Source: a virus. Taken from it: DNA of 64,000 nt. Shown one piece after another: positions 43,999 through 54,059 of the stretch (position 1 is its first letter; each line of letters opens with the position of its first letter). The position numbers and the translations under genes were made by a program. Location of the stretch: positions 987-64,986 of the IMG/VR virus record IMGVR_UViG_3300028840_005768, one strand, 5' to 3'. The notes under the pieces were generated by a model. That model was given only the letters and a program-made list of their open reading frames with translations, searched no databases and was not told where the DNA came from.

Positions 43999-46448
43999 CA
44001 AATCATCTCCGGGGCTCGGATCTTCACAGGGTCCGCACCGCTCTTCTTTCCGGCCCAACTGTCCATCTCTTCGAACCACGTCATGCCAATCAAAGGCACC
44101 TGGGGCCGGAAGCTTTCAACGGTTGTGCGCACTTCTTCTGTGACGCGAGGCACGTAATCAGAGTGCGTGACTGTCATCAATTCGTCGTGGACGTTCATCG
44201 GGGCTACCATCAACTCATGGACACCGACCGGTTGGAGATCCCAGATGGTACGTTGGACGGCTTTGGTGATCTCGCCGCCAGGTGACTGGATCTCGTGATT
44301 GGCGGCAGCTCGCATGTTGGCAGCCTGGAGGCCGAAGGCGGCCCCATAGAGCGCACTAGCAGCTGCGCCGCCGGCCGTCTGTACGCGGTTCCGTCGCCAT
44401 ACCTTCACGGGATGGTTACGCCATCCCTTGGGCGGCTTCTGGGCCAGCTCGAACATGGCTCGGCAGATGCGGTTCTCCAGGGTGAAGTAACGCTGAAAAC
44501 CGAGGAATGACTGAATATAGTCGGCCGGTTCATGCCAGATGACTTGTGTTCCTACGCCGCCTGGCTGCCTCATAGAGCAGAAAGCATCAAACGTCTTCTG
44601 GCGTGCGGTGGCTACTCCGGGATATGCCGAGTTGAAATTCTCCATGGCGGCTTTGGCGATCTCTTCCGAGACGCCGATGTTCCGCACAAGGGTCTCCCAC
44701 GTTCCACCATAGATCATCCCAAAGACACCACGTTTACCCTGGTAGTACATATCATCCTGTGTCCCAGAGGATGCCAAGACTTCGGCATAGGTGTGGCCCG
44801 GGTACAGTGACATGCCGAACAGCCCGTGAAGCTTTTGACGCACCATGCCGTTCTCGTCACACTCACCGCATGATGCATCCTGGCAGAATGGGCACGGGAT
44901 CTTCTTCACGAGCCCGGCACGCAAATGAGGATCGTTGTAGACGGCATCGGCCAAGGTCACCTCGAATGAATCGAAGTCACCGCCACAAAGCATGTAACCA
45001 GGCCATGCAAGTGGAAAGCAGCGACGAACATCCTTTGTCGCCTTGATGCCTTGGGCGTTCAGGCCACCGTCGCCGGACATGCGACTTGATTTCGTCCCAA
45101 CCACCACGAAGCTTGCGTGGAAGCGTCCGGCCAAGAGGAGCTTGTTGTACAGCTCCACCTCTTTGGCAGCGATCTTGATGTTGAGAACTTCTTCCGCTCG
45201 CAAGGCAGCGGGATGCCTACCGGCTCTCAACACGCCCCCGTTGCAGCGCAAACACCCTTCGCCAAAGCACTTGGTACACTCTTCATCTGTTTCAACCTCC
45301 CAGTCACGGATCGCCTGCAACTTCGCTTTCTTGGTAGTCTCTTCGATGGTGAGCACCTCGGTGTCATCCATGACTTCGCTAAGGTACTGACGCACCTCAG
45401 AAGGCTTGTTTGTGTTGATGGGGCTGGCATCAACAATGGCTTTGGCCTTCGCACGCAAATCCTGCATCCCGCCTTTGTCAATGCGAAAGCCACGCCAGCG
45501 AATCACAGGAACCATAGTGGCCAGAATAGAGTCGTTGTCACCCGGCTCAGGGTATTTGAAGTGTTCGTCCAAGGCACGGGTGTAGACGATGTCGTCCCGT
45601 GCGTACTCCCTCGCGGGCTTGTTGGTACCCCAGTGATCAATGAAGAGCTGAATCTGTGCCGGCCAAGTGTGACCCTCCAGCTTGGGCTCCTGCTTCTTCT
45701 TGTCATAGCCCCAGACTTCCCACTTTGGTGGCTCAGAGATAGCCATAGCAAAGGGAGCGTAGCCCAGCTCCTTCGGATACCATGCTCGTGGCGGCTCAAC
45801 ATCCTCGTAGTGGTACTTAGGCGCGTATCCCATGGCGTACTCGGCCAGGAACTTCAGGCCGCCGGCCGGAGCGAACCTGAGTACGACATCCTTGAAGTCG
45901 GGATCGATCGCACCGTCACGCTCACGGTCATAGACATGCCAACGAGGTGCCTCGGGATCTGCCTTCCGTGCGAAGAAGATGCCATCGATCTCGACCCGCT
46001 TCTCTAGCTCTTCCGCCAGGGCATAGGCCAAGGCAGTGGGCACCTTGCGGATGCGAACATCATCGCGAGCCATCAAGGCTTGATACGGACCCTTTCGACT
46101 GTGAAGCATCAGATCAAGAGCGCTGGCCGGCTTCACGCAGGGGCCATCCCGCCCCTCCGGCTCCTTCATCGCGATCTCAGGAATATGCTCTTGTGGGATC
46201 CAATCCGGGTTACAAAGGCGGAAGATCGTGTAGAGCTTGGCTACCATAAAATGGTCAAAGGCCAGGTTGAAACCGATGATGGTGTAATTACACCAGCTTT
46301 CAATTAGGGCAAGAGTTTTTCGAATTGGCTCTTTCCAAATGTCATAAAGCACAATGGGCCCATCCCCCTCCGCAAACTGGAAGAGAACAGGCATTGAATG
46401 CAGCCCACAAGTTTCCGAATCAAGGTACAAGCAGTTCTTACGCGACAT
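43998..46448 (-). CDS. polA: family A DNA polymerase with 3'-5' exonuclease domain
   Basis: YLDSET, FNLAFD (exo); GGDFDSFE (A), GKRGVFGMIYG (B), NVHDEL (C). Confidence 0.92.
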   Translation of the reverse strand: MSRKNCLYLDSETCGLHSMPVLFQFAEGDGPIVLYDIWKEPIRKTLALIESWCNYTIIGFNLAFDHFMVAKLYTIFRLCNPDWIPQEHIPEIAMKEPEGRDGPCVKPASALDLMLHSRKGPYQALMARDDVRIRKVPTALAYALAEELEKRVEIDGIFFARKADPEAPRWHVYDRERDGAIDPDFKDVVLRFAPAGGLKFLAEYAMGYAPKYHYEDVEPPRAWYPKELGYAPFAMAISEPPKWEVWGYDKKKQEPKLEGHTWPAQIQLFIDHWGTNKPAREYARDDIVYTRALDEHFKYPEPGDNDSILATMVPVIRWRGFRIDKGGMQDLRAKAKAIVDASPINTNKPSEVRQYLSEVMDDTEVLTIEETTKKAKLQAIRDWEVETDEECTKCFGEGCLRCNGGVLRAGRHPAALRAEEVLNIKIAAKEVELYNKLLLAGRFHASFVVVGTKSSRMSGDGGLNAQGIKATKDVRRCFPLAWPGYMLCGGDFDSFEVTLADAVYNDPHLRAGLVKKIPCPFCQDASCGECDENGMVRQKLHGLFGMSLYPGHTYAEVLASSGTQDDMYYQGKRGVFGMIYGGTWETLVRNIGVSEEIAKAAMENFNSAYPGVATARQKTFDAFCSMRQPGGVGTQVIWHEPADYIQSFLGFQRYFTLENRICRAMFELAQKPPKGWRNHPVKVWRRNRVQTAGGAAASALYGAAFGLQAANMRAAANHEIQSPGGEITKAVQRTIWDLQPVGVHELMVAPMNVHDELMTVTHSDYVPRVTEEVRTTVESFRPQVPLIGMTWFEEMDSWAGKKSGADPVKIRAPEMI

Positions 46449-47070
46449 TCTTCCACGTTCTTCGGTTTACAATCATGCTGATGGTCGACTCAGAGACACC
46501 ATGGCGTCTTGCCAATTCACGACCAGATACACCAACCTCAGATGCTCGACGGATTTGACACACCTGTTGTGCAGTAAGCTGGCGGCGTACCGTCGGAGTA
46601 CGCACATGCCTCCAATTTGTGCCTTGTGCGGCGCTCTTGATTGTGCTGGCTGATACAGAATGCCTCCGTGCCAACTCACGATAGGTCGCATGTGATCGTC
46701 GGATTGCTCTGACATCTTGCTCAGTTAGAATGGCCCGACTAGCATTCTCGCCGCATGCTTTGTTCTGTCGGCCCTTGCTCACCATATCCCGAGAATTGTC
46801 GGCTGCCGTACCCAGAAACAGATGACGAGGATTGCAGCAAGCCGGGTTGTCACAAGAATGGCAAACGATAAGAGATCCAGGCTGCTGTCTGGTCTTCAGG
46901 AAGAAGGATACACGATGAGCAAGGAAACTCTCACAGCCTATTCCAATCCGTCCGTACCCTTTGCTCTGTCGGCATCCCAACCATTCCCAGCAATCATCTG
47001 GCCCGGCAACATTCACCTTGGACCAGAAGCGCTCAATCTGCTTGTCAGTAGGTTCAGGGATCTGCTTCAT
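46438..47070 (-). CDS. HNH homing endonuclease with two C-terminal HTHs
   Basis: RFWSKV..CWEW..GYG..AHRVS..VCHSCDNPACCNPRHL.LGT..DN. Confidence 0.9.
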   Translation of the reverse strand: MKQIPEPTDKQIERFWSKVNVAGPDDCWEWLGCRQSKGYGRIGIGCESFLAHRVSFFLKTRQQPGSLIVCHSCDNPACCNPRHLFLGTAADNSRDMVSKGRQNKACGENASRAILTEQDVRAIRRSHATYRELARRHSVSASTIKSAAQGTNWRHVRTPTVRRQLTAQQVCQIRRASEVGVSGRELARRHGVSESTISMIVNRRTWKNVA

Positions 47071-47085
47071 ACACTGCTCCAAAAG

Positions 47086-47158
47086 AGCCGCCGATAGGAA
47101 TCGAACCTACAACCTGCTGATTACAAATCAGCTGCTCTGCCGGTTGAGCTACAGCGGC
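47086..47158 (-). tRNA. tRNA-Thr(TGT)
   Basis: GCCGCTG/CGGCGGC acceptor, TAGCTCA D-arm, CTGAT-ttTGTaa-ATCAG, GGTTCGATTCC; no encoded CCA. Confidence 0.95.
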
Positions 47159-47439
47159 TAGCAAGCCTGATAGCGCCAGCCATCTCCATAGATGGTGACA
47201 CTGACGACGGGCTGTGTTTCCATCGCACAGTCTTGAAACTGCATTCGCATGGGTTTGGCTTCTTCAATCACTGAAAGCTGGGCGAAGACGTCAGCCGCAA
47301 GGCGACGATCCGTTGTTCGGACATAAACAACGCTGTGCTCGGGTATGGAGTTGATGAATTCGTAGATGACCCCATCACTGGTCTCCACCAGGAATCGAAC
47401 GCCCTTTTTCTGTTGTGATACGTCTATTTGCGCGGGCAT
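47158..47439 (-). CDS. hypothetical protein
   Basis: ORF track; stop abuts tRNA. Confidence 0.5.
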   Translation of the reverse strand: MPAQIDVSQQKKGVRFLVETSDGVIYEFINSIPEHSVVYVRTTDRRLAADVFAQLSVIEEAKPMRMQFQDCAMETQPVVSVTIYGDGWRYQAC

Positions 47440-48283
47440 AGCTCTGCTTCCTACGGTGTTTATGCGGTAAGGGGCATGGACGTGGGTTCAAGGTGTGAAT
47501 TTGAGCGTACTCTTCGATGTCTGCTTCGATGTCCTTATCCGTGACGTAACCGGCCACCCAAGCAAGGAGCCGTGTTGCCAGTTCTTCTACGCCGAGATCC
47601 ATCAGACGCATGATCATCTGGCTGATCTGCTCTTTCGACCTACGTGCCTGAAATTTTCGTCGATGTGGGAGATGCCGCGTCTTCCCTTTCGCCTTTACTT
47701 TGGCGATGGCGTTTGCCGCCTTACGCTGTTCTACCGGGCTTTCCAGCTTGAGAATGGCTTCGAGATTCACCGCAGAGAGGAGTCCAGCTGCTGCCTTCTT
47801 TTGAATGGACTCCGGCAACTCAAGTAAACGTCGCCGAATATGGATCCACCGTGTAGGACGTTTCAGCTCCCGAGCCGCTTGACGTAACGAGATACCATCC
47901 GGGTACAGACTCCGCAGCGCCAAGGCCTCTTCCAGCATGTTCAGGTCTTTGCGCTCCAGATTCTCAGTGAGATTGAGGATGCGCGCCTGGTGCTCAGTCA
48001 GATCGTACCGAACGGAAGCGGGAATGGTCTCCCATTTGAGGAAGAGCGTACACGCTCGGAATCGTCGGTGGCCGGCAAGCAGGCGCCATGGATGCGAGCC
48101 TTGGTATGGCTGCACGACGACCGGGAACTGTAACCCGCTCTGCTCGATGGAGTCTGCCAGATCCTTCACGGATTGAGCAGTAAATGCTCCGCGGCAATTG
48201 AAGCTGGAGTCATAAAGAATGTCTTGAACTGGTAGCTCGTAGACATCGTACTGTTCCAGCCGTTTCATTTGCCGTACATCCAC
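47375..48283 (-). CDS. ParB/Spo0J-like protein
   Basis: L..SI...GL..PVVV, LLAGHRR, EN..R.DL, HTH. Confidence 0.88.
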   Translation of the reverse strand: MDVRQMKRLEQYDVYELPVQDILYDSSFNCRGAFTAQSVKDLADSIEQSGLQFPVVVQPYQGSHPWRLLAGHRRFRACTLFLKWETIPASVRYDLTEHQARILNLTENLERKDLNMLEEALALRSLYPDGISLRQAARELKRPTRWIHIRRRLLELPESIQKKAAAGLLSAVNLEAILKLESPVEQRKAANAIAKVKAKGKTRHLPHRRKFQARRSKEQISQMIMRLMDLGVEELATRLLAWVAGYVTDKDIEADIEEYAQIHTLNPRPCPLPHKHRRKQSYARANRRITTEKGRSIPGGDQ

Positions 48284-48621
48284 AAGTGATCAAAGTTGTC
48301 ACATGCCATCTCCGGCGAATCACCGAAAGCAGCAACGCCACTATAGACACATGTCCACTGTTTTCTGTCGTCATCAAAAAAGACCCAGGTATCCAGAAAC
48401 TGACTTGGTCGACCTAACTGACGTTGCACTCGATTCATGGTTTGGGATTGTTGAATCTGCTCAACAAACCCCTGCTGCTGTTGCTCATATGCAAGCTGAG
48501 CCTGGCGACAGATACAAGCAGCAGTTGCCTGTCGTAATTCAGCTTCAGCCTGGTCGGCTTGTACCTTTTTCAGTAAGGCCAGTTGAATCTGTGCTTGAAT
48601 CTCACGTTCTGCATCGTCCAT
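48265..48621 (-). CDS. hypothetical Gln-rich protein
   Basis: GGAGG SD; GV.AFGDSPE.AC..FD ending. Confidence 0.6.
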   Translation of the reverse strand: MDDAEREIQAQIQLALLKKVQADQAEAELRQATAACICRQAQLAYEQQQQGFVEQIQQSQTMNRVQRQLGRPSQFLDTWVFFDDDRKQWTCVYSGVAAFGDSPEMACDNFDHLWMYGK

Positions 48622-48635
48622 CGTTATCCTCCAAG

Positions 48636-48708
48636 CTGTGGCGGCAGGGTTCGAACCTGCGACCTACGGATTAACAATCCGGCGCTCTACCGGCTGAGCT
48701 ACGCCACA
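48636..48708 (-). tRNA. tRNA-Asn(GTT)
   Basis: TGTGGCG/CGCCACA acceptor plus discriminator G, CGGA-ttGTTaa-TCCG, GGTTCGAACCC. Confidence 0.95.
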
Positions 48709-48851
48709 GGGATGAGTCATTCTTCCTGCAACGACTCCAAATAGGCACGAGCACTGCGTGCTTGCGGTCTGTTGGTTGACTCCTCTTCTCCACTTTCTTC
48801 CAACATGGGGCCATCCAACAGCTTCTCGGTGGCAGTCTTCTCGCACATGGT

Positions 48852-50117
48852 CTACTCCAATTCGATCTGGTATCGCTGGGGACCCCTCGCCTCTCGATCC
48901 GGGTCCTTCAATTTGACATCCATGCGCCACGAGATTCCGTACTTCGGATTGACGCCATGCAGCCACTGGAACGGTTCGGTGTAGCTGGCAAGACCTTCAT
49001 AAGCGAACGAGTCTGTTGCCAGCCAAGGGCCGTTCATGATCATCTCGCCGTCCAGCTCGCCGACGCATCCCTTCTGATGAAAGTGACCGACACAGAAGTA
49101 CTTGATGCGGGGGCCATTCTGGAGCGGTGCAAGAGCTTGAAGACGCTTCTGCCTCCGTTGCAGCCCATACCAGGGAATTCCCAGATTCGAGCGCACATCG
49201 TCTCCATGGGAGATAGCGAACCCGACGCCGTTGATGTCGAGATTGACCGAAAAGGAATTCGGGATCAGGAAGCTGACGTTCTCGATATCCTGGCAGTGAA
49301 GACGAGCGATTTCAGCAATCAAGTAGTCCCAATTGTCATGGGCTCCATGATAGTCCTTCCTCTTGGACCGGCGTCCATGGTTGCCGGGGACGTAGACCAC
49401 GTTCACTTGCCCGAAGTGGGCAGCCAGATCCCGATACATCAAGGCATGTAGCTGCCCTGTCGCTAGGCAGTTGCGCATCATCTTGCGGAAGTAGCTCCGA
49501 GATGCATGCCCATGAATCTCACCGCTTGTATGGTCCCCGTAACTCAGAACATTGAGTACCGGAAAGAAGAAATTGTTCCCGAGAATCTGCTGAGTCCATT
49601 GCAGCGTCGTCTCGATGAGACGCTCGGCACGACAGCATGAAATCGGGAAATCGTAGTGCTCAAGCCCACCACTCTCCTCAAGCGTCACGATTTGATCATG
49701 ATGACCATCACTCAGATGAAGGCATGCATGCTCCTCGATTCGGCCCTTCCTCATAATGTGATTAGCTGGTGGAAGCGGTCGAACCGGCTTGATTCGATCA
49801 TCCAGCTCGTCGACCATTGCCGTGAACAAACCTTGTGTCTTGGCATTGGCCACAGCCCGCCGGCGCTCGCGGTTCCGCTCATCACGAAGATGAGCTACTT
49901 CAGCCTCCAATGCTTTGACCCGTTCATCGGTGGGGTCATACTCGGCGAGTTTTTTCTGGTATCCTCCCGGCCAAGGAACACTTTTGTGACTGCGCTCACA
50001 CGCAATATCTGACACCAGAGAGCGGCTCACCCCATACTTGGCCGCGATCTCTCGTTGTTTCATCTGGCCGGCAGCGATATCCGCCTTCAATGCAGCAGCA
50101 GTCTCAGTTGATATCAT
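48852..50117 (-). CDS. HTH + coiled-coil + calcineurin-like metallophosphoesterase
   Basis: SDGH, GDH, GNHG, HGD, GHFH motifs; N-terminal QREIAAKYGVSRS. Confidence 0.85.
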   Translation of the reverse strand: MISTETAAALKADIAAGQMKQREIAAKYGVSRSLVSDIACERSHKSVPWPGGYQKKLAEYDPTDERVKALEAEVAHLRDERNRERRRAVANAKTQGLFTAMVDELDDRIKPVRPLPPANHIMRKGRIEEHACLHLSDGHHDQIVTLEESGGLEHYDFPISCCRAERLIETTLQWTQQILGNNFFFPVLNVLSYGDHTSGEIHGHASRSYFRKMMRNCLATGQLHALMYRDLAAHFGQVNVVYVPGNHGRRSKRKDYHGAHDNWDYLIAEIARLHCQDIENVSFLIPNSFSVNLDINGVGFAISHGDDVRSNLGIPWYGLQRRQKRLQALAPLQNGPRIKYFCVGHFHQKGCVGELDGEMIMNGPWLATDSFAYEGLASYTEPFQWLHGVNPKYGISWRMDVKLKDPDREARGPQRYQIELE

Positions 50118-51019
50118 CAGGAGCCTCCCCAGCGTGCATCCACGTCACTTGTGTCTTGCTCTTCGATTTGGCGATTCAAGAGATCCCCTCGCCAAGGGAC
50201 ACGACTGGCCGGCAACAGCACCTTGCGATCAAACGCCCACAGACAATCGTGCTTCTTCGCCCACTCAAAGATTTCGCGTGTTGGGACAATGAACTTGAAA
50301 CCAGGGGCACGGCTAATGATGTGGAGACCAATAATCCCGCCCGTTTCGGCATCGGCTAATGGGCCACCGGAACAGCCGGGGTACGCATTGATCGAAACCG
50401 AATCAGTGAAGAACGGCTTCAACTTGTAACGCACTTTCAAAAGCCGATGCACCCCCGCGATAGTACCAATCGAAAGAAACGGCCCATTCTGTGGTTCATA
50501 AGGATAACCGCAATGAATCACCTCTTGCCCGACCCGGATCTGATTGAAAGCTCGATAGAAATGAGCCGTCCCATGGAGACCCCCTTCGACCAGCTCCAGC
50601 AATGCACAATCAGCGTCAATCTTCTCATCGCCAGCTCGCAGGACTCTTGCAACTCCAGCGCGACTATTTTGAGTGATAGTGAATTCTGGGAAAGTACCGT
50701 CCGGCCGCATGTGTTTGTTGACCACATGCGCCGCTGTCCAAATGAAGGTGACCCCATTACGGGAAAACACCACACCTGACCCGTGACCGCCGCCATAAGA
50801 CACCATAGCCGTGTTCGCGTAGACCTGCTCGATCACTGGAGTCTCACAGGCAACTCCAACCGGAATGGTCTGCACGCTTAACGAAACAGGATTACATACC
50901 GACTCAACCCGCTGCAACATGGTTGGGGCAACCATGCCGATCCCGATCGCACTGATTGCAAACGCAATAGCGAGGGTCCACAAAGCCACCTTCTTCAGAA
51001 CTTTCATAAGAGCCTCCAA
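50117..51019 (-). CDS. exported trypsin-like serine protease
   Basis: N-terminal TM/signal; TAAHV, D.ALL, GCSGGP catalytic triad. Confidence 0.9.
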   Translation of the reverse strand: MEALMKVLKKVALWTLAIAFAISAIGIGMVAPTMLQRVESVCNPVSLSVQTIPVGVACETPVIEQVYANTAMVSYGGGHGSGVVFSRNGVTFIWTAAHVVNKHMRPDGTFPEFTITQNSRAGVARVLRAGDEKIDADCALLELVEGGLHGTAHFYRAFNQIRVGQEVIHCGYPYEPQNGPFLSIGTIAGVHRLLKVRYKLKPFFTDSVSINAYPGCSGGPLADAETGGIIGLHIISRAPGFKFIVPTREIFEWAKKHDCLWAFDRKVLLPASRVPWRGDLLNRQIEEQDTSDVDARWGGS

Positions 51020-51313
51020 TCAAATAGCCTCAACCTCGACTTCCGAATCCGACTTGATGAATGGATCGAAACACACGAGTAATGCCCGGTGAATTGCATC
51101 ACCCAGCGTCTCGGTGTCGCGGCCACCTTGTAGCACGGTAAACCGCACGCTTCGACCATCGACATGAATGGTTGGATCACGCTCTTGACAATCAGGATGC
51201 CACCCGTCACCTTGACGAAGACACCCGATCAGCGCATCCTTCAACTGTTGAGGGCTCCCACGAATCACAGCACGAAGTGAGGGCGATAGATGGATGCTGA
51301 ATTTCAATCTCAT
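51020..51313 (-). CDS. hypothetical protein
   Basis: ORF track. Confidence 0.55.
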   Translation of the reverse strand: MRLKFSIHLSPSLRAVIRGSPQQLKDALIGCLRQGDGWHPDCQERDPTIHVDGRSVRFTVLQGGRDTETLGDAIHRALLVCFDPFIKSDSEVEVEAI

Positions 51314-53262
51314 GGTTGTTTCGCCCAGTTGATGTTCTGAACCACCTCACCCATCGTCATCAATTCGAGCTTCCGGTTCTCTCGGATGATCTCCAGCACG
51401 CGCTCGTCGGTGGGTAGGTGTATCAAATCGACGATGGTGCAACCGCGATTCTCATCCATGCCGGGACGATGCACTCGTGCTTCCGACTGGATGCGAAATT
51501 CCGGCTTGAAACTGTTGGACCAGAAGACTTCCATACGAGCTTCAACAAGAGTGAAGCTCATTCCACCTGATTCTGGGTGAGCAACGAAGGCAACTCGTAG
51601 ATTGGCTGCCCGATCAGCCCAAAAGTCTAGTGGCTTTGCGTCGGTAAGTCGGCTTCCATCCGGGGCAATCACTTCGAACTGCTTACCGTCACAACGAACC
51701 ACATGCCATTGCTCCTCACGACAGATCCGTATGACCCGTTCAAGGGAGCCTGTGAAGCCGGCGAAGATCACGATGCGCCCGGTCTCTTCGTTCTCTTCCA
51801 ACAAATCGCGGAGCGCTCGATCCTTTGGGCAAGGAATCTCACGAGCAACCCGCTTTGTCTTCGGCCGCTCACCGGAGCCGCCACAAACCGGGCAAGGAGC
51901 CTTGCGCTTCTCGAGCTTTGCAACCAGCTCCTCATCAAGCATGTCGATCGCTTTGTACACGCGTCCCTCAGGATGAACCCACTCATCCACTTCCCCGCAC
52001 GCCGCAGGACAGTGATTGCACTTAGTCATCCCATCCGGTTCTTCGCGGTACTGGAACCCATCCGACAACTCACGAAGAAGCGTCATTGCCGTCATGGCAT
52101 TTGGCGCCGAGTCGGCAATTGCCTTGGCCACACGAAGAACGGACGACGTCGGCTTACAGATCACCTGGCGGTAACGCTTCTCTGGCAAGTCCAAGCAATC
52201 CTTCTTGTGTTGAATCAGCACTAAGCCTTTGAGACGTTCATACATGAACGCCACTTCATTCTTTGACGGCTTGAACGGGTGATAGTCATCATCCCCGTCT
52301 TCTTCCATGAAACTGTCACGTTGATGGCACGGTGCTGTATCGTATTCTCCGCAGGTGTCACACTTGTGCTCGTCGTCGCGCCAACCGATCCGATTCCAGA
52401 AGGTTCCCGAGTCAAAGCTCTTCTGGACCATGAACGCAAGACGCCGCTCCAAGGCCTTTGCGCTGCCTTCACGAAGAAAACCTGGCCAAGCAATCTCACA
52501 TTGACTCCACCAGTCGGTCGGCTTCTTTGGCGACGGGGTGCCTGACATTTCGATGACGTACCCATCGAAGCCATAAGCCCCTCGGATTCGATCAGCCAGT
52601 AATTGGGCGGCTTTCGATCGTTGACTTTCCCAGTGCTTCAAACGCGAGGATTCATCAAAGATCACGCCTTGGGGAAGCGGGTTGCCTGGCTGCCATTCGT
52701 CCATGATCCGAACCAAACGTTCGTAAGTCATGAACTCCACTGTGGCCGCCGTCTCATCGAACTCCCACCTCCTGAATTCACGATCAATGTTTTGAAGGCT
52801 CCGTTTAGGACCAACCCAGTACCAGTGATCAGCGACAGACTGTTCGATCACTTCTTGAGCAGACAGGGTCTTACCGAGACCCATCTCCGCACCCCAAATC
52901 TGATAATGGTACGTGAGCCCATGATCGGACATCGCTCGCTGATTGAGCATCAAGGGACGCGCATACTCATGCTGAACAAGCGGTCGATCAAACCACTCGT
53001 AGACATCCTTGCCCATCAAGTAGCCGAGCTGAAACTGATTCCTAAAGCAGTCGAGGACGGACCATATCTTGCGCGGATTCGTTTCTTCGAAGCCGTGCCA
53101 GCGACTACCTCGCATCGCCTTAATTTCGTCCTTCAGGGCGAAGGGGGATTTCAGGAACCAGATTCGACCATCAGCAAACTGGATACGTGCCGGACTCCTC
53201 ACCAGAGTTCCGCCACGGGTCTCATGGATCAGTTTGACGTCGAGTATCTTTGGATCAGACAT
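51310..53262 (-). CDS. SNF2-family SF2 helicase
   Basis: EMGLGKT, IFDESS, MSGTP, Q.EARVHRPG. Confidence 0.88.
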   Translation of the reverse strand: MSDPKILDVKLIHETRGGTLVRSPARIQFADGRIWFLKSPFALKDEIKAMRGSRWHGFEETNPRKIWSVLDCFRNQFQLGYLMGKDVYEWFDRPLVQHEYARPLMLNQRAMSDHGLTYHYQIWGAEMGLGKTLSAQEVIEQSVADHWYWVGPKRSLQNIDREFRRWEFDETAATVEFMTYERLVRIMDEWQPGNPLPQGVIFDESSRLKHWESQRSKAAQLLADRIRGAYGFDGYVIEMSGTPSPKKPTDWWSQCEIAWPGFLREGSAKALERRLAFMVQKSFDSGTFWNRIGWRDDEHKCDTCGEYDTAPCHQRDSFMEEDGDDDYHPFKPSKNEVAFMYERLKGLVLIQHKKDCLDLPEKRYRQVICKPTSSVLRVAKAIADSAPNAMTAMTLLRELSDGFQYREEPDGMTKCNHCPAACGEVDEWVHPEGRVYKAIDMLDEELVAKLEKRKAPCPVCGGSGERPKTKRVAREIPCPKDRALRDLLEENEETGRIVIFAGFTGSLERVIRICREEQWHVVRCDGKQFEVIAPDGSRLTDAKPLDFWADRAANLRVAFVAHPESGGMSFTLVEARMEVFWSNSFKPEFRIQSEARVHRPGMDENRGCTIVDLIHLPTDERVLEIIRENRKLELMTMGEVVQNINWAKQP

Positions 53263-53462
53263 GCTTTCCCCATGAGATTTGATGCCACAGGCGTTCGTGC
53301 AAAATGAAGAGGACGGTCTTCACCAAGACGCAAGCAACCGAAAGTCCGATACTGACCGCAATGTCTGCAGTGAACAGAAACGTAATCCCGAGCGTGACCC
53401 AAACGAAAGCGTCTCCCAACTAATCGCCTTAGCGACAGAACGGCGCACCTTGCTCGGATCTT

Positions 53463-53984
53463 TCATCGATGATCCTCCAGCAGGAATGTGACCGTGTCCG
53501 AGGCCGGTCGACGAACACAATCCGACCAGACGTTCAGATTCACAGCTTCAAAGAGACTGAGCACCTTGTTGAACAGAGTGCGCACATTGAGTTCCATGTC
53601 TTGTTGACAGCCAGATAGCACAGCATCACGCCATTGAGCGAGTGTGCCCGTGACCACAGCTATCTGAATGGGGCGTGAAAGCGTATCCGCGATCACAAAT
53701 GGCATCCCGGCACAACATTCCAAGATGTCTTGCATATCGCGTTCATCAGCCGCAATCAGAACACTGAAAGACACATGCGTTAGTAGGCGGGGTGACAATG
53801 CAACGGACGCATGAGGATCCTTCATTGCCGCCAGGCAACTCAGAAAACGTTCAGCCTCATTCAAGCTTCGATGACTCGCATCGGCAGCCGCCGCGGGACT
53901 GTAGCCCAACATCTGGTGGCTCAGTCCAATGAACGTGCTGAAATCGATCGCCGGTTGTTGGATAAGAATTGCATCAGTCGGCAT
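53463..53984 (-). CDS. possible degenerate ThyX-like protein
   Basis: LL.HVSFS and VVTGTL.QW resemble ThyX elements; canonical RHR motif absent. Confidence 0.35.
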   Translation of the reverse strand: MPTDAILIQQPAIDFSTFIGLSHQMLGYSPAAAADASHRSLNEAERFLSCLAAMKDPHASVALSPRLLTHVSFSVLIAADERDMQDILECCAGMPFVIADTLSRPIQIAVVTGTLAQWRDAVLSGCQQDMELNVRTLFNKVLSLFEAVNLNVWSDCVRRPASDTVTFLLEDHR

Positions 53985-54003
53985 GACACTGCCTCAAAAG
54001 ACA

Positions 54004-54041
54004 GCGAGCCGATAGCAGCAGAATGGCCGCTACCGGCTCGC
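54004..54041 (-). terminator. terminator-like hairpin
   Basis: gcgagccg/cggctcgc stem with inner pairs, followed by TGTCTTTT on - strand. Confidence 0.55.
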
Positions 54042-54059
54042 ACGGGATGAGACCGGACA

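Noticed and set aside
45117-46007. Long + strand ORFs antisense to polA, helicase, primase and tail genes (e.g. 45117..46007, 62627..63922)
   Set aside because: Shadow ORFs of high-GC coding sequence; no motifs, and they lie entirely within confident - strand genes.
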